A stretch of 47,800 nt of DNA. Origin: a virus. Where the stretch lies: UHGV virus genome UHGV-0066790. One strand, 5' to 3'. Positions 45,546 through 47,800 of this stretch are shown here, one piece after another. Under the pieces are notes generated by a model. That model saw only the letters and a list, made by a program, of their open reading frames with translations. It did no database searches and had not been told where the DNA came from. The position numbers and the translations under genes are program-made. Position 1 is the first letter of the stretch. Every line of letters starts with the position of its first letter.

Positions 45546-46021
45546 CGAATTTCGCGGGAAGCCCCGCACTGTTCTTTGACAATCAGCGCGACGACGGCCC
45601 CAAGCTGGACACCAGCGGCAAGCCTGAGCCCCCGGCGGATAAAGCAAGCCGGGGTAGAGAAAAGGAAAAGGGACTTTGGAACGTCAACCTCAACCAAGGA
45701 TCAAGCGTCAACTACCCCGGCCTGAAGGCCGAGGCTTGAAAGAGCCTCTAGTTGACTAGCCTCAGTCCGTCGAAAGGCGGGCTACGTTGGTTGGGAATGT
45801 ACAGGCACCGCGGGATGCAGATCCTAGTCCCGCGCTCTGCGGCCGATGGTTAAAAGCTCTGAGGGGCAGGAGCGGTGCTGTCGGCAGGAAACCCCTTCCA
45901 ACATTGGCGAAGGATTACAACCGGTCGCAAGACCGAGGAGACAAATCTTGAGAGTATTTCTTAGAAAGGAGGCGGCGCTTCCTCCCCAGCATGAATGCAG
46001 GGGTCTCCGCGCCGATATTTG

Positions 46022-46735
46022 ATGAACGAATTGCAGATTTTCGAGAAGGCGGAGTTCGGCAAGGTTCGCGTTGTCGAACACAATGGCGAACCGTGGTTTG
46101 TGGCGAAGGATGTGGCCGTAGCGTTGGGGTATGCCAGCACAAACATGACAACCGTTTTTCAGGCTGTACCGGATGAATGGAAGGGTAGCAATCGGATTGC
46201 TACCCCCGGCGGCGAACAGGAAATGCTCATCATTTCCGAGCCCGGTCTGTACTTTTTCCTTGCCAGATCGGATAAGCCCACAGCCTTGCCGTTCCAAAAG
46301 TGGCTTGCTGGTGATGTCGTACCGTCTATCCGCAAGCATGGCATCTACGCCACCGAGAATGTCGTCAATCAGATTCTGGACAACCCGGAATTCGGTATCC
46401 AACTCCTCACCGCCCTCAAGGAAGAACGCGAGGCACGCGTCAATGCTGAAAAGCGCGTCGCTATCCTCTCTCACGTCCGCAAGACGTACACCACAACAGA
46501 AATCGCTAAGGAGCTCGGATTCCGCAGTGCCGTAGCCTTCAATCGGGTCCTCTGTGAACAGCACATCCAATACAAGCAGAACGGAACCTATGTCCTGTAC
46601 GCGGAATATGCTGAACTCGGATACGTCCACATCAAGCAGGAAGTGCTTGAGAACGACAAGGTTGTCTACCACCGCAGATGGACGCAACTCGGTAGGGAAT
46701 GGCTCATCGGAAGGTTCGGAATCAAGGCCGCCTAG
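46022..46735 (+). CDS. Phage antirepressor (Bro-N + KilA-C/Ant domains)
   Basis: N-terminus MNELQIFEKAEFGKVRVVEHNGEPWFVAKDVAVALGY is the Bro-N signature. The C-terminal half resembles KilAC. Confidence 0.7.
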   Translation: MNELQIFEKAEFGKVRVVEHNGEPWFVAKDVAVALGYASTNMTTVFQAVPDEWKGSNRIATPGGEQEMLIISEPGLYFFLARSDKPTALPFQKWLAGDVVPSIRKHGIYATENVVNQILDNPEFGIQLLTALKEEREARVNAEKRVAILSHVRKTYTTTEIAKELGFRSAVAFNRVLCEQHIQYKQNGTYVLYAEYAELGYVHIKQEVLENDKVVYHRRWTQLGREWLIGRFGIKAA

Positions 46736-46814
46736 CCCCGCACTTGCCCCGGACTCCGGGGCAGGAAACGGGATTGGGATGCCAATCCAGACTTCAACAC
46801 AGGAGAGAAGGATA

Positions 46815-46991
46815 TGAATATGAGCATATCTCATGCAGACGACTTTACCCGTAGCCATCCCGTGCTCACCGGGAAGCGCAAGGGCACAACGCTCCGGGAA
46901 CGTCTTGAACGCATTCGTGACACGGCAAGAAAGGCCAGCGTGCGCGAGGCAGCGGAGCAGTGGCTGAGAAAGACGGAGGTGGCGGCATGAT
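46815..46991 (+). CDS. Small hypothetical protein (58 aa)
   Basis: RBS ACAGGAGAGAAGGAT then ATG. Below the track cutoff. Confidence 0.35.
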
Positions 46992-47145
46992 TTCCAACGT
47001 CTACATGAAGCACGCCAAGGTATCACTGGAACGGCCTAAAAAGGTTGACCGGGCTAGAGTTGCTGCGGTCATCATCTTTATGGCTGTCATGCTCGGTATC
47101 TGCATTCTTCCACAGATCTTGTACGGGATGGAGGCCATGCGATGA
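46988..47145 (+). CDS. Small membrane protein (52 aa)
   Basis: ATGA coupling on both sides. TM helix AAVIIFMAVMLGICILPQIL. Confidence 0.35.
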
Positions 47146-47726
47146 ATCAAGAGGAACTTGACCAATTCATATCGTGGCTTCTGGCTCACGGTTCGGAAGT
47201 GCTTGCCCCAACGAATCCCTATGAACTCTTGAGGTTTACCACCCAAGACGGCGTGGCAATCATCTTCAAGGACGCTGACGGGGAAATCACGAAAGACAGG
47301 AATGGGGCTTTCGAGGTTCTCCGGTGCTTTCGGAAAAAACGCAACTGGAACGGAGGCGGAAAGAGGGAACGGAAACCCCGCAGTGCTTCAAGACGCAGGT
47401 TGCTGGTCAACTCAATCGCAAAACGCGACGGGTGGAACTGCATGTACTGCGGAGCAACGCTGACGCTTGAGACAGCAACGATAGAACATATCGTTCCCCT
47501 TGCCGGAAATGGGCTTGATGACCTGCGGAACATGACTCTCGCCTGTGCGGAGTGCAACCGCGAGGCGGGGCATCTGAGTGCCCGGCAAAAGGTGGAACTG
47601 GCTATGAAAAAGAGAGGGGATGTGATGAGCCCGGAATGCGACATGTACGACGCGGAGAGGGAAGGCGTAGACCGCACGATTCCCGATGAACCAGAATACT
47701 ACGGCCCCGACAAGGGGCCTTTTTAA
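47142..47726 (+). CDS. HNH endonuclease
   Basis: CMYCGATLTLETATIEHIVPLAGNGLDDLRNMTLACAECNREAGH HNH motif. Confidence 0.7.
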   Translation: MNQEELDQFISWLLAHGSEVLAPTNPYELLRFTTQDGVAIIFKDADGEITKDRNGAFEVLRCFRKKRNWNGGGKRERKPRSASRRRLLVNSIAKRDGWNCMYCGATLTLETATIEHIVPLAGNGLDDLRNMTLACAECNREAGHLSARQKVELAMKKRGDVMSPECDMYDAEREGVDRTIPDEPEYYGPDKGPF

Positions 47727-47736
47727 TAACATATTG

Positions 47737-47800
47737 AGGTGGGACTATGCGCGAACTCACGAAAGAAGAGATAGAGGTTTTGCAGAGACATGCAAAATGG
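47737..47800 (+). CDS. Hypothetical protein (3' end truncated by window)
   Basis: RBS GAGGTGGGACT then ATG. The ORF runs off the window end. Confidence 0.3.

Noticed and set aside
45824-47026. 400-aa - strand ORF
   Set aside because: Antisense to the Bro-N/KilAC antirepressor and downstream small genes. No protein-like features.

Overview
This window is almost entirely a temperate tailed-phage (myovirus-type) genome or prophage, about 60% GC, probably from a deltaproteobacterial-type host. It has three parts.

**Left arm (1-7608, + strand, early genes):** a 5'-truncated pentapeptide-repeat protein, an ERF-family annealase, SSB, a Gp157-family protein, several small Cys-rich hypothetical proteins, an XRE-type HTH regulator, a Lar-like restriction-alleviation protein and a tyrosine integrase. 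A candidate attP lies just downstream of the integrase (7570-7720).

**Late block (7829-38329, all - strand):** the gene order reads tail-fiber assembly protein, tail fiber, baseplate I/J/W/V/hub, tape measure, chaperone with a -1 G/GT frameshift, tube, sheath, neck proteins, major capsid, DUF2213 protease-scaffold, Mu-F-like protein, portal, TerL, TerS and a four-gene lysis cassette. Three things interrupt this block. A compositionally distinct + strand moron island sits at 22.4-26.0 kb. A secreted EndA-like endonuclease I gene (+ strand) lies between portal and terL. The terL gene carries two inteins; the first is a LAGLIDADG intein, and the second has its HNH homing endonuclease encoded in a different reading frame.

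**Right arm (38395-47800):** two Mor/C-family activator paralogs (Mu-like middle/late cascade), RusA, a PrimPol-helicase fusion whose C-terminal domain is low-GC, a lambda-O-like initiator with iterons embedded in its coding sequence, a 660-bp structured intergenic switch region, then + strand early genes (regulator, Bro-N/KilAC antirepressor, HNH).

A 17-bp dyad motif occurs three times, each upstream of a late operon, and is a candidate operator for the C-like activator. No tRNA, rRNA, CRISPR array or transposase was recognised.
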